DNA from: Sminthopsis crassicaudata
Lineage: Eukaryota
Length of the DNA: 64,000 bases
NCBI RefSeq assembly: GCF_048593235.1
Contig: NC_133622.1
Coordinates: 106,020,001-106,084,000, forward strand
Direction: 5' to 3'
Positions 37,436-50,700 of this stretch are shown one piece after another. The notes below the pieces were generated by a model. That model was not told the origin of the DNA. It ran no database searches and saw nothing but the letters and a program-made list of their open reading frames with translations. A program made the position numbers and the translations under genes. Position 1 is the stretch's first letter; every line of letters begins with the position of its first letter.

Positions 37436-37575
37436 TTGGCTGAGGCAAATAGGGTTTAAGTGACTTGCCCAGGGTCATCCAGCCAGGAAGTGTTAAGTGT
37501 CTGAGAGCACATTTGAACTCAGGTTTTCTTGACTTTAGGACTGGTGCTCTATTCACTGTGCCACCTAGCTGCCCT
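37409..37575 (-). mobile_element. WSINE1
   Basis: Full element with T tract. 15-bp TSD tattgtcttattttc at 37394-37408 and 37576-37590. Confidence 0.92.
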
Positions 37576-39137
37576 TATTGTCTTATTTTCAAGAAAATAC
37601 TGAGACATTGTTATTCTTGTAAGGCTATTTGATTCATCTTGCTTTCTACTGAAAAGAAAAAACTTCATTTGAACTTACTCTTCTTATCTTATCAAATTAT
37701 TTTTCTAATTTTTCAAATGGGGGCAATACATTTTTATGACAGCTAAGATCAAAAGCAAGGAATCATGACTTCCAAAATAAATTTTTTCTAAACACTTTTT
37801 AAAAAATCTACAAACATCTGAAAGCTAAGAAAATTGACAGAATTATTGTGCCAAAATAGTGTGACAGTCCTGTATTAATAAATTCACATAAATGAAAATT
37901 ATCCATCATATACTTCGCATATGGCCATAGGTCTTTTCTGCTTCACCAATCATATACAATAATCACTTATAGAAGAAGATAATAAGCACTTGCTGTATAA
38001 CATTACACATTCTATAATCTTGATCACTAATATATACAATGAGTAAAACTAGTTATTCTAAAGTCAAATTTGTGGATTGGTTTCCATATTCTTCCTTATT
38101 CGGTCAGCATTTGTAAATGAAGGTAATAAAGACTTGAATGAAACATGCCCATCTGTATTCCAAGAAGTGCCTGAAGAAGCTTCTTTAAAATCGGATTTGG
38201 GAGACAACTTAAAAATTGGTCCCATATTCAATCAAATCTGAATACTTCTTTAGTTAAAAATGGTTTTGTGGATTCTAGAAAAATGTTTGATGATGCCTTT
38301 TTTGTACTTCCCAAACAAAGGAAATGGATTTTTCCTACAAGAAATAGTTTTCAATGGCTCAGAATTTAGAGTAAAAGCATTTTGCTTCTGTAAAGACCAA
38401 GAATTAGGTTAGCATTTAACAAAGATTAAGCCAAATCTGAATAACAGTTTGAATAAGCCACTTTACCTGAACCTTCATTTCTTCATTCATAAAATGAAAG
38501 GATAGACTAAGTGACCTCTGAAGTTGCCTTTTATGGCTTCTAGTTTGCAGGTTCTTCCTAGAGTTCAGAATCCTAAAATTCCAATATGTATTTGCTACAT
38601 TTGCTCAAATGTAAAGCAATTTTAAACATATAATGATCTTTCATGTTTACACTAGGCAATCTACTTATCTGTTCATTAGAGTTCTACAACTTAAACCACC
38701 TTCAAAGTACCTTTACTTTTATAACTGGGACATCCCCATTCTTCCTCAATTCTTGGGCTATTTCTATGGCAAGCTAAGTGATCACAGTAATCGAATTCAA
38801 TGTACATGAAGATAAAAACAAGTATGAGCAGGACTAATAACCTTCCCAACTTTTGCTTTTTTCTTTAGATTCAATCCCTATTAAGCCCAATACTCTGATG
38901 ATCTCCCTTCATCTTTCCCATCAGAGAAATCTAGAGTCGTTAAGTTGGTACCTAAGATGACCGTGTAGCTTTATTACTCAAGCTATGTGTATGGAATCTT
39001 CGGATAAGCTTCAGTAGCCTTTCAAAGACCTGAAAGATAGCACAAATATTTAATAGATGCATACAAAATGCTCTTGGAGACTAATGTAGTTATGAACATA
39101 ATAGACTTTATATTATATTCTCCTTCCCCTTCCCTTA

Positions 39138-39195
39138 CAACTTACAAAAGAAAAATACAAAAACTGACAATTTTTAATCACTGAATGTACAACAT
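39138..39195 (-). terminator. CFAP97: Probable CFAP97 polyadenylation site
   Basis: On the - strand: TGTA upstream element, ATTAAA (39173-39178), then a U/GU-rich downstream element. This implies a ~2-kb 3' UTR. Confidence 0.5.
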
Positions 39196-40345
39196 GCTGT
39201 AAAAATCCAGCCTATCTTATTCCCCCCCCCCCAAAAAAAAGTTGGAATTACAAACATTAAAAGTGCAAATTTAAAATGTGATATTGGTATTAAATACAGC
39301 TGTATCTCATTTTATAAGCAAAGTATTAAATGGCAAAATAGTTTGATCACCAGAGCAGTACATTAAATAATTATGGTAGCAGCATCCAATGAACATTACA
39401 TCCCCGATGAAAGAAGCAGGATAATCTCAGAGCCAGTTTGTCTTCACATCACCGTTTAAACCCTGAACCCACCCACCACCCTGTCCCTCTCCACAAAGCC
39501 TAAACAAATTCTTAATAGATGCTAAGAATATGAATTGATACACAAGTCAGAATATTTAGAATCAATGTTTAACACAACATAGTTTGTCTTACTGCCTACA
39601 GTATTTAAGAAATTAACTTGTCTTGTTGACTATATGTAGTACATTTCAAAACACAGCTAAAATAGGAGACTAAAAATCAACTTCCTTATTTTTGTGGCCA
39701 TGGATCACAACTCTCTCATGAAAAGATTTGGCATTTAACATAGAACCCTCCCAAACATTCTACAGGGAGGCTAAGAAGGCAAATAGAGAAATAGAATAAT
39801 GATAACAGCAGCATTACAAATTAAACAGAAAAACTTTCTAATTATAACCTACCTTTTATTACCTATACCTATACCAAAACCCACTTTCCACTACCAATGT
39901 TAAGACAACCTGCATTTAAAAACTTGGCAAAAATTACAACTCCAGGATATGGTCTCCTCCCTGCCCCCTTCCCCCCCCCAAAAAAAGCAGCACTAACATT
40001 TAAGAACAAGTGTTGATTATATCTAGTATTTGTTTTATAGCACTTTTAGCCCTATAAAGTACTAGCAGCAACATCAAGGGCCACTATAAATGTAGAGTCC
40101 TTTACCAAGTTCTTCCTTAATTCAATTAATAATAAATAAAAACATAAGAGACTAATAATGTTACCTCCTAAAATAGATTGTTCTGATGCCTCAGGATCTG
40201 CTCCTTAGTCTTTCATAATATCAGTGCCATTTTTTTCCGAATCAAAAAATACTTGCTTCAAGGCTTGTTACATAAGACTAATGTTGTTGCCAATTTGGCC
40301 TTTAAAAAGTGCCACAAAGCAGCAGAATCGAATTCCAACCTTTCC

Positions 40346-40656
40346 CTCATTCACTCATTAGCAATACTGCTACTCAACTGGAAATGGTGCAAAAATGTGG
40401 AAGAAGAATTTTACACTCTGTATTCTCTGATGTTTGTTCATAGTTCAGAGGAAAGGGGAATAGATCAAAGTTTTAGGATCTAACTCAGGGCACCTAAAGA
40501 GAATCAAGTTGATTATTAGGATGGTCCCACTGTAAGCTTCTATCATTCTACCCTACAATTCTCAGATCGACTTAACAGCTCCATCTGAGAAAAAAAGAAA
40601 GAAAGAAAGAAAATTTCAGTATATATTTCTTAATAAAAACCCATCACCTAGAAAGT
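40346..40656 (-). repeat. Inverted duplication, copy A (in the CFAP97 3' UTR)
   Basis: Its reverse complement aligns to 41783-41819 plus 42168-42445. Confidence 0.93.
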
Positions 40657-41136
40657 GCTGCAATTATAAATTCAAGGCATAAATAAATCCTGAAGCACGC
40701 AGAAAAATAGAATAAGTAAATTTAGGAGCTAAGCTCATGGTTTAAAGTTTTAATGGGAAAAAATGAGAACTAAATTAGCTAAAAATCCTGGATCCAAAGT
40801 ATTGCAATACCACCATTCTGTCAGCATGACAATGAGTTCTGTGAATACGGTGAGAAAATTTACATGTATACTACCATCCCTGTATTAAATATATGTGTAT
40901 GTATACGTATACACATCTCAGATAAATATATCCACACAGGAAACACTGATTTGACATGAAACTGTCCTTTGGAAAGTAAATATTGCATCAAGTTACAATA
41001 AATTAAAATACAATGCTGTATACTTTAATCACTTAAAATAGGATTACAGACTTTTGCACAGAGAATTACAGTAATCTACAAGAGCACTTCAATAGAAATC
41101 TGAATAACAATGTTCAAAATAAGTTTTTTTTTTTCC

Positions 41137-41292
<156 letters not shown>

Positions 41293-41782
41293 TTAGCCAA
41301 TCATTTAAAATTTGAGGTTCTTTTTATCTTTCATTTTAAAACATTTTTTAAGATTAAAAAAATCTAAAATTAGAAAAATCAATTTTTTTTCTTTTTCTCC
41401 AGGAGGATACCAATTTTTTTGGAGTTGAGAGCAATTTGGAGGGACAAAAGGATCTTAATAACTCTAATAGGGTGGGGAAAACCCCTATAGATTTAGAATC
41501 AGTCAAGAAATATGGGTTCTAAGTGCTGGTATTGCCACTTATTGGCTGTAAACATTTATTCTCTCTGGGCTACAGTTTTTTTCATCTATAAAAGGAAAAG
41601 AGATGTACTAGACACAAGAACATTAGCATCCCCTTCCAACTCTAATGGCTAGGTTCCCAAGAACCATTTACTAAACATAGACAACACCTATTATACTATT
41701 CTAGGCATAGGGAAATGAAAAGACAATCTCTGCTCTCATTAATTTATCACCTAACAGGAAATAATTTTTAAAACATATTTAA

Positions 41783-42445
41783 ACTTTTCTAGGTGATGGT
41801 TTTTATTAAGAAACATATATATTGAGATTCAGGCCAATTCCAACAGACTTGTGATGGACAGAACCATCTCAATCCACAAAGAGGACTGTGGAGATTGAAT
41901 GTGGATCACAACATAGTATTTTCACCTTTTTTGTTATTTGTTTGCTTTTATTTATTTTCTTTTTTTTTTTCCCTTTTTGATCTGAATGTTCTTGTGCAGC
42001 ATGATAAATGTGGAAATATGTATAGAACATGTTTAATATATATAGGATTACTTGCTGTCTAAGGAAAGGGGGAAGGGGAAGGGAAAGAGAGGGAGAAAAA
42101 TTTAGAATATAAGAGTTTTACAAGGGTGAATTTTTGAAAATAAAAAGCTATTATTAAAAAAAAAAAAAAACATATACTGAAATTTTCTTTTTTTTTTCCC
42201 CCTCAGATGGAGCTATTAAGTTGGCCTGAGAATTGTATGGTAGAATGATAGAAGTTTACAGAGGGACCCTCCTAATAAATCAACTTGATTCTCTTTAGGT
42301 GCCTTGAGTTAGATCTTAAAACTTGATCTATTCCCCCTTCCTCTCAATTGTGAACAAATATCAGAGAGTAGAGAATATAAAATTCTTCTTCCACATTTTT
42401 GCACTATTTCCAATTGAGTAGCAATACTGCTAATGAGTGATTGAG
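41783..42445 (+). repeat. Inverted duplication, copy B (in the last CFAP97 intron), split by an L1
   Basis: Aligns to the reverse complement of 40346-40656 on both sides of the L1 at 41820-42167. Confidence 0.92.
41820..42167 (+). mobile_element. L1 3' fragment inserted into duplication copy B
   Basis: L1 3' UTR and poly-A. TSD aaacatata at 41811-41819 and 42168-42176. Confidence 0.88.
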
Positions 42446-44560
42446 AAGCAATTCTACTATTGGGTTTTTGTGAGGAACATATGACAACATATGAAGTGAT
42501 CTGTAAACTTTATATCAATGATCCAACGATGATAATGATGATGGTAATGATGAACAGTTTCACTAAAGGCCATTAGACAGGCAAGTCTAGCATATGACAG
42601 TACATGCAAAACATACAGAAGGTTAAAAAGATTAGATGGTACCAGAAATCAGAGGACCTTAAGTGCCAGGCCCTCATGTGTTCTGAATACTTCATGATAC
42701 AGCTTTATACTTTATATGAAAATAACAAGAAGTGACTGAGAAAAAAGGGTAGTTTACTTAAAGTGAAAAAGGAATTCAAGATAGGAGGTTTCAATGAGTT
42801 CACAGAGGTTCCTTTACCATCACAAGATATATTATGGGTTGTACTGAGAATCATGAAATTTCAATGTTGGGACTCTTAAAATCTACCTACTCCAACCCAT
42901 AAAAGAATCCCCTCTGATATATAATCATCCAACCTATGAATGAGAACCTCTCATGAGGGAGAATCCACAGCTAATAATATCTGAATTTGCCAAGCACTTT
43001 CCATATATTATTTCACTAAGTCTTACAACAACTCTAAGAGGGAAATATTAAAAATATTATCATCTCCATCTACAAAATAGGAAAACTGACTCAGGATATT
43101 TAAAAGGTTTGCCTGTGGTCAATGTTAGAGATAGGATTAGTATTCAGTTTTTCTGACTCCAAATCCATTTTTAAAAATACACTGAAAAAAAAAATCCATT
43201 TTTAGAAAGCCTTTCTTTACATACAGCTTAAAATTACCCTTGCAATTCCCACTTGTGGCCCCTTCAAGGGCCAGGCAGTACAGCTTAAATCCTTCTCCTG
43301 AATAAAAGCTCTTCAGAGATCTGAAGTCATCCCTAAGCTTCCAATACCCAAATCCTAAGAATCTCTTCTTCAGGCAGAAAGTACATAGCTCCTTCAATTC
43401 ATTCTTAAGTAGCACGATCCATGGCCATTCATCATCTGGTTGCCTGCCTCTGCACAAAGTACAATTTACCAAGGTCCTTCCTATATCATCTAGATCAGAT
43501 AATAATATACCAGATATGGCCTGAAAGGGGAGGGAATAGTCAAAATATTAATTCCCTAATACTGGACATTACTGTTTTCTCTTCCTGCATCCCAAGGTCA
43601 TGAACTTATGCTAAACCTACCAAATCGTTTCACTAAATCATTATTTCTTTTTTCAGAAATATTGCTTTCAAGCTAGGCCTCTCCCATCTTGCATTTGTAA
43701 AACTGATTTTAACTCAAGTATATTAATTTTTTCTAATAAATTTCATCTTCTTAGTTTCAACCCAATGTTTTGTCTAGACAGATATTTTGAATCCTAAGTC
43801 TGTCATCAAATTAACAGTTATTCCTCCTTGCTTTGTATTATCTACAAAAAAAATGTGGAAAAATATGCCCTCTACACACCTTCATCTAAGCCTACTAAAA
43901 CTGGTAAATAATATAAAATATCATTAGGACACTTTACTAGACAAGTTAATTTTAGGCTATTTACAAATACTCATTTGATCAAGACATTCAATTTATTTAG
44001 AACCCATTTAATTATACTAGGTTTGCAACATAGTTCTTATACTTAATTTCTCTGTGCCTCTATACCTCAGTTTCAGCATTTGTCCAATGAAAAGTTGGAC
44101 AATATATCTAGCACCTATTTCACAGGTTGTCTGAGAAAAGCTTATCTTAAATCTTAAAGTGATATAAAAATATGAATTATGTGCTCAAAGAAATCCAGTT
44201 TCCCTATGAAGAAAAAGCTCTCATGAGATTACAAGATGTTAGCAATAACTCTAATTAAGAAGAATCTTTGACTTTGAGACACACAAGCCAATGAATTACG
44301 TGCTCTTGTGTTAATAAACACAATGAAGTAAAATAGCTGGTATTCGTCTAACTAGCTATAATATTTCCAACTGTTTCACCTGATGGCTTTCATGTAATGT
44401 AAATGGATCTTGGCATTACAAAGTGCTCTGTTAAAAGAAATATTAACAATCTGTATTCATGTGAATTAAATGTCAAATGTGCCAAAGAAAATGACATGCT
44501 GTATTTCAGGAATAGTTTTTAAAGGCTTATTATTATGTTATAGGCAAAAAGGTTAAGTTA

Positions 44561-44767
<207 letters not shown>

Positions 44768-47700
44768 TCAATTTAAATGTCTTAAGTTAGAAAGAAGATA
44801 AGAAAGACTTATCTAGAACTAGGAATTAATATTTGCTATATAAATTGAAAAGATTGTGGATCATTTGGAAACAATCCTAACCTTTTAATAGTTTCAAAGT
44901 ATATTTATATTATTGAGATAGACAAATTCAGAGTTTACATCTTATTAACTTAGAAGTCAATCTGCCAACTGTTTCAATTTTGCTATATCCTTATTGGCAC
45001 TTAATTCTTTAATTTAGAAGAAAGTCTCATAGCATATTAAAAAAGAGTTGCAGAACCAAGAAGACCTGTCATCTCTGACATACTATCTGCGTTAGCCTAA
45101 GCATACCACTTAATCTCTCTGCTTTATACTACCTAGTCATTAGCCTGGGAAGCCTGCCCCTCTCAAACTGTCTTTCTCTCTCTCTCTCTGCAAGTATAAA
45201 TGATGTTCAAAAATCTAGATTTTTGGTGATTCATGTGCTCCCTCTACCAGTACAGATTGTAACAGCCCCCATCCCTGACCCTCTAACTAATCAGATGGTT
45301 TGAGTTTGCTGTGACCAAGAAACTAACTATAAATGTTGATCCAATTTAGCTAAGCTACTTTTTACAGTCTGACACAAGGTTCTTGGTCAAAGGCTTTTTT
45401 AGTATGACAAGGTCAGTCAGTGCTTGTACTGTCCTGTGTAATTTTTGAGAACCAAGTCACCTTCCAACTCTGATGAAACATCTTAAGAATAAGACTTTAG
45501 TAAAATTTTTTACTTTCCTACAGAAACATTATAATGCAAGATTAAATTTCTGATCTAGAGAATGATCAAACCTTTTTATTAACATAACTGCAAATACTAT
45601 ACTGAACTATAAATGACATATTTAGACCCAAATAAAGATATAAATCTTTCTAAAAGGACAATATTTATTTAATGAGACACTACTTTGTCTTTGAAAATCT
45701 TGTTTATTTTTCCTGCAACCAATTAGAAGGGGAAAAAAAATCCTTCATGTAGGTTTAGAAGTCAAAAATTTGAGTATTTTTAAATAGTCAGAGTTATCCG
45801 TAGATAGACTTTTGGGGAAATTTAAAACTGATTTGATGCCCTCTTATTTCCTCATTATAAATCATCCTGTAGCAGATGGTTAGTTTTCAAAAATCTGATA
45901 GCAAAAAATACTTGTAATTCTCTTTCTGAGAAGCTTTTTTAAAATCATCTCTGCATATCACCTGCTTACTTGTAAAATTGAGCTTTTTAATGATGCTTAT
46001 TATAGAGGATAGCCTTTTCTTTCTAAGTATGGTGTCTAACACTATCTCTCTGGACCTCTATTTCTGCTTTCACAATAGAGCAAAATAATAGGATGCAGAA
46101 TTTTCCCTCTTTATTTTAAATTACAAGACAAAGACAGTCAGAAAAATGAAGGTGCCTACAATTCATCTGTTCAAATGAGAACAAAAAAAAAGTAAAATAA
46201 AATAAGAAAAATAATTCTTGTACAACGTACTTCAGAAAGTCACCATGAGAAAAGTGCTTGATAAATGCAAACACATAACACTAATGTAAACTATTATTTT
46301 AAATAAAAATTAAAAGTAGTTTCTGAAAGCAAGAAGCATGTCCACTGTCAATGTCATTGTTAGAATATGCACACATCTAAAGAAACACTTTGGCTCAGCT
46401 TCCCAAATCACATGTGCCTATCCCAAGTGTCAGTCTGTTTGTCGGATGGAAATGGCAAGCCCAGCAAAAACTCAAGTATGTGCTAGTGCCAGAAATAGCC
46501 CTTGCTAAAGTGCTGACTATACTTTAAACACTAAAGCAGATTTACATAGATTTTAATACATTATAACTTCTTTAGAATCTTTTTACTGTTTTGCATTATT
46601 CTCTAGTTCTTAGTTGTATAGTAATAAGCTCTTTGAGAGCCTCAACCATCTTCTTTTTTTTTTGTACTCTTTCAGTATCTAACAATATTAGAAACAGAGG
46701 TGACATTCAATAAATACCAATTGACTAACTAGAAAAAATATTCTACTTGATTCCAAGTTAAATATTTTACAAAAACTTTCATCTGTCACTCAAAATCAGT
46801 TTCCTGTTTTATTGAACCAATCGGTCTAATTGTTTTCTTTTTATCTCAGAACATATACTCCTAGCTAGAAAGGCAATTTATCTTTCTGAATGTCTCTGTT
46901 TCTGACTTAATGGCCACACTCATGGCTGGTAATCAGCTTTTAAAGGAACTGCCAGATGAGTTTTTCATTGTTCCTGAAGTAATGTAATAGAAACCAAAGA
47001 ACTGGTTGGGGAATCATTTATTCTTTCAATGGAAGGACAGGGAGTGGAAAAATGAAATAATTAGGTCAAACAGTACATATTTCTCCAGTTCAAATGAAAA
47101 AAAAAAAAAACTAATCAAAAGATAAGAGTACTCTTTCTTCTGGGAGAAAAAATAGATCAGAGAGAAGAACTTCATTTTTATATTTATTCTCTTCTCTTTT
47201 CCTGAAACTAATCTTTCCAAAGAGATCTGGACATCATTAGTCATTAAACAAAGAAAAAAAAGAGATAAGTTAATGTCAATCTTTAAATTTTCTTTTAGGG
47301 TTTTAATGAAGTTACCTTACAATTTTGAGAACTGTCTCGAGAACAACAGCTCCCTCTACTGGTCAAAATTACTATTTGCTCTTTCTTGATTTTATATACC
47401 TAGTAGCATGGTGCTTGGCACTGAGGGCTTAATAAATGCCCTAGCAGGGGAAAAGAAAAAAAAAATTTTTAAATAAAGAATTAGAGCCAGATAAAAGCCT
47501 TTAGGCCTCCAATAAGGTCTTTAGTGATTCAACATATCATCAAACTCCTAGAAGTACCTAGGCAGAATACATCATTAGTCCTTTATCAACTTTGCCTTGA
47601 CTTTAACTCTTGGCATAGTGCTCTACAGGCACAGTAGAAACTCAATAAATGAATGGATGTATTAAAACGTTGAACCACTGCAACAATAAATGACCTATGG

Positions 47701-47884
47701 AAATATTCTTAATGTTTCTGCTTCACATAGAAAATATCATTAATTATAACTTTCATGTAAAGATTTTTAAAAAGACACAAAACATTCCAATCATTTGGTC
47801 TTTACTTGAAACAGAAGAGGCTTTCAATATGAGGAGGACATAGATCTGGAGATCAGCTCTTAAGAACTGGAATATATGTACACA

Positions 47885-48270
47885 GTAACAGCCATATTGT
47901 AAGATGACCAACTGTCAATGACTTAGCTATTCTCAGCAATAACAATCATCCAAGACAACTCTGAGGGATTTATGAAAAATGCTATCCATCTGCAAACAAA
48001 GAACTGATAGAGTCTTAATACAGATCAAAGCATACTTGTTTTACTTTTCTTATTTTTCTTGGGTTTTATTTTAGTCTATGTTTTCTTTTACAATATGGAA
48101 ATATCTTTTGCATGACTATACATGCATAGTTTATATCAAACTGCTTGTCTTCTCAATGCCAACATTGAGACAAAAAGGAAGGAGGGAATCTAGAACTCAA
48201 AATTTAATAAATGAATATTAAAAATTGTTTTTGTAAGTAATTTGGGGAAAAGTAAATACTGAAAAAAATT
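47885..48270 (+). mobile_element. Old L1 3' fragment
   Basis: gatgaccaactg...gacttagctattctcagcaat...aatgctatccatc...agaactgatagagtc...cagatcaaagcatac motifs. Confidence 0.7.
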
Positions 48271-49086
48271 TTGAAGCTGTAATGTACCTTAAAAGTCATT
48301 TATTCCAATATTCCTCAATTTGCCAAGTAGTGACTTTCTCAAGGACTTACGATTAAGAAGTGGCAGAATAAGGGACTCAAATGCAGGCTTTTTTACTCTA
48401 AATCAGGAGATTTAACAAATTCAAGATAGGAATCAAGCTATCTTAGGGCTCAAGACTGATATATGCTGTCGCAGATATTCAATTTAGAGATCAAAATTCA
48501 AGAATTTCAGAGAAGGGACAAGGGAACTCAGCAAGGAAGTCAAATTTCAAAAGAGCAGGCAAAAATGACAGAATCAAGGACAGGTAATGTTGGGAGGGAA
48601 AAGGCCAATCCTGTGTTCTAGTACTCTGAAGTCTCTTGCTAGTATTTATCCTTTGACAACAAAGATAGACACAAGTTTTAGAGAAAACTATAACTATGAT
48701 GTTGTTTGGGGTTCCTAATGATTCTAGCAGGTGATTCATAGAACCCAGTGTGCCAATAGAAATAAGGCTTTTTAAACAAACTACAGCACAGGCCTGGGGA
48801 AATCAGGTTATTACTTTGCTTTGTTAGCCCATTTCTGCTCAGTTGCACAGTCTTTAATTCCTCATTTTTAAAAATTCTACAGCAAAACTATCACCCTAAA
48901 TATTCAATAAAAATATGATAATTATATGTCAAGAATATTTGTATTTCTATATCCTTTTAGATTCCAGAACTGAAAGGGAAGCTATTGGAAAAAATGATTA
49001 AGAACCCTTTCTGTAACTAAGACTATAAGAAAATTACTATTTAGTGTTTACAGCTAAATCTTTTTTAGGTCAAATGTGATACAGAG

Positions 49087-49264
49087 CAAGGCTTATTAAA
49101 TTTTTTCCTCTTGTGACCTCTTTTTATGAGAAAATTGTTTATGTGACCTCAGGTATATAAGTAAATGAAATCAAACATTTACTGATAAGAAGTCATAATT
49201 CTGTGACTCCCACATTCAGTTACAAGGCCCCAAATGGGGTCATGAACCATGATTTAAGAAGCTG
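49087..49264. mobile_element. hAT-like MITE
   Basis: Imperfect terminal inverted repeats caaggcttattaaa...tttaagaagctg with internal gtgacc/ggggtca subterminal motifs. No TSD recognisable. Confidence 0.55.
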
Positions 49265-50337
49265 GAAGACAGAGGAATTACTGTATGCTTTCAGACATTC
49301 CCTCTATGTATCTCAGACAAATCCAACCATGGAATCTCAAGATTTAGAAGTGGATAAGACCACAGGACTATCTGGAACTATCTTTTCATTTTATAGAAGA
49401 AAAAACTGAGTACCAGCAAGTTTAATTGACTTGTCCAAGATAACTGAAATCAAGTGGCAGAGCCAGGATCTGAGTGCAGATCTTTTTTTTACTCCAAATA
49501 CAATTTTATTTCCAGTTCACCTATTTTCTATCCTTGACTTTATACACTCACCTCTGCAACTTTAATCAGCCTATTCCCTGGGTATGGAATGCCCCTCTCC
49601 CCATCTTCATGGCCATTTTTGTGGAACTAGTGGCATTTCAGTGTGATTTAAAAGACAGACCAGATTTTTAAGACAAAATCATCTCGATTTACTAGGTCAG
49701 TAATAACCCTTTTATTCTTCCCCTTTATACTTCACATAACACTGTATTCCTCGAAGACATTTAATTATCACATACATTTAAATATCATATTACATGACAT
49801 CTGTGTTAACATATATTTCTCCTTAAAACAATTAGGAATACTATATGCTCTAAGCTAATATATTTTACTTTAGTGAGTAGATATGGCTATTAAAGTGGTA
49901 TTTCTAGCTTGATCTTGCTAGTGAATAAGTTACTCTGCATGAAATAAAACAAATCCATTAAATGACAGTCAACACCACACCACAAAAATCAATTGGCAGG
50001 CTCCAATCAAAAAAGCACACAATCTACAATCTGAGGCTGAATTTTGGTTATAAAAGGTACTGGAGTAGCTGCTAGATGGAGTGAGTCCCATTTTTCTCTG
50101 TGTTTCAGTTAACCTCATCTGCAATATAAGGAGGCAGTTTAATACTGTAGTGACCTATAAGAGGCCTGTCTACAAGTTCAGTGACTTTTAAAGCTTACAA
50201 ATAATGGTTGTCCAATGAAAATTGTCTATTAATGTCTATTTCTGTTTTCAAATTACTACGCCCCCAAAAGCTACAATTTACTTTCTTTTATCATCTTTTA
50301 CTTAGTGAATATATAAAACACACACACATTTTCTTTA

Positions 50338-50700
<363 letters not shown>

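Noticed and set aside
42418-42431. Apparent 4-nt loop micro-inversion (TAGCA-ATAC-TGCTA) between the two duplication copies
   Set aside because: Two transitions explain it equally well; it cannot be resolved from one sequence.
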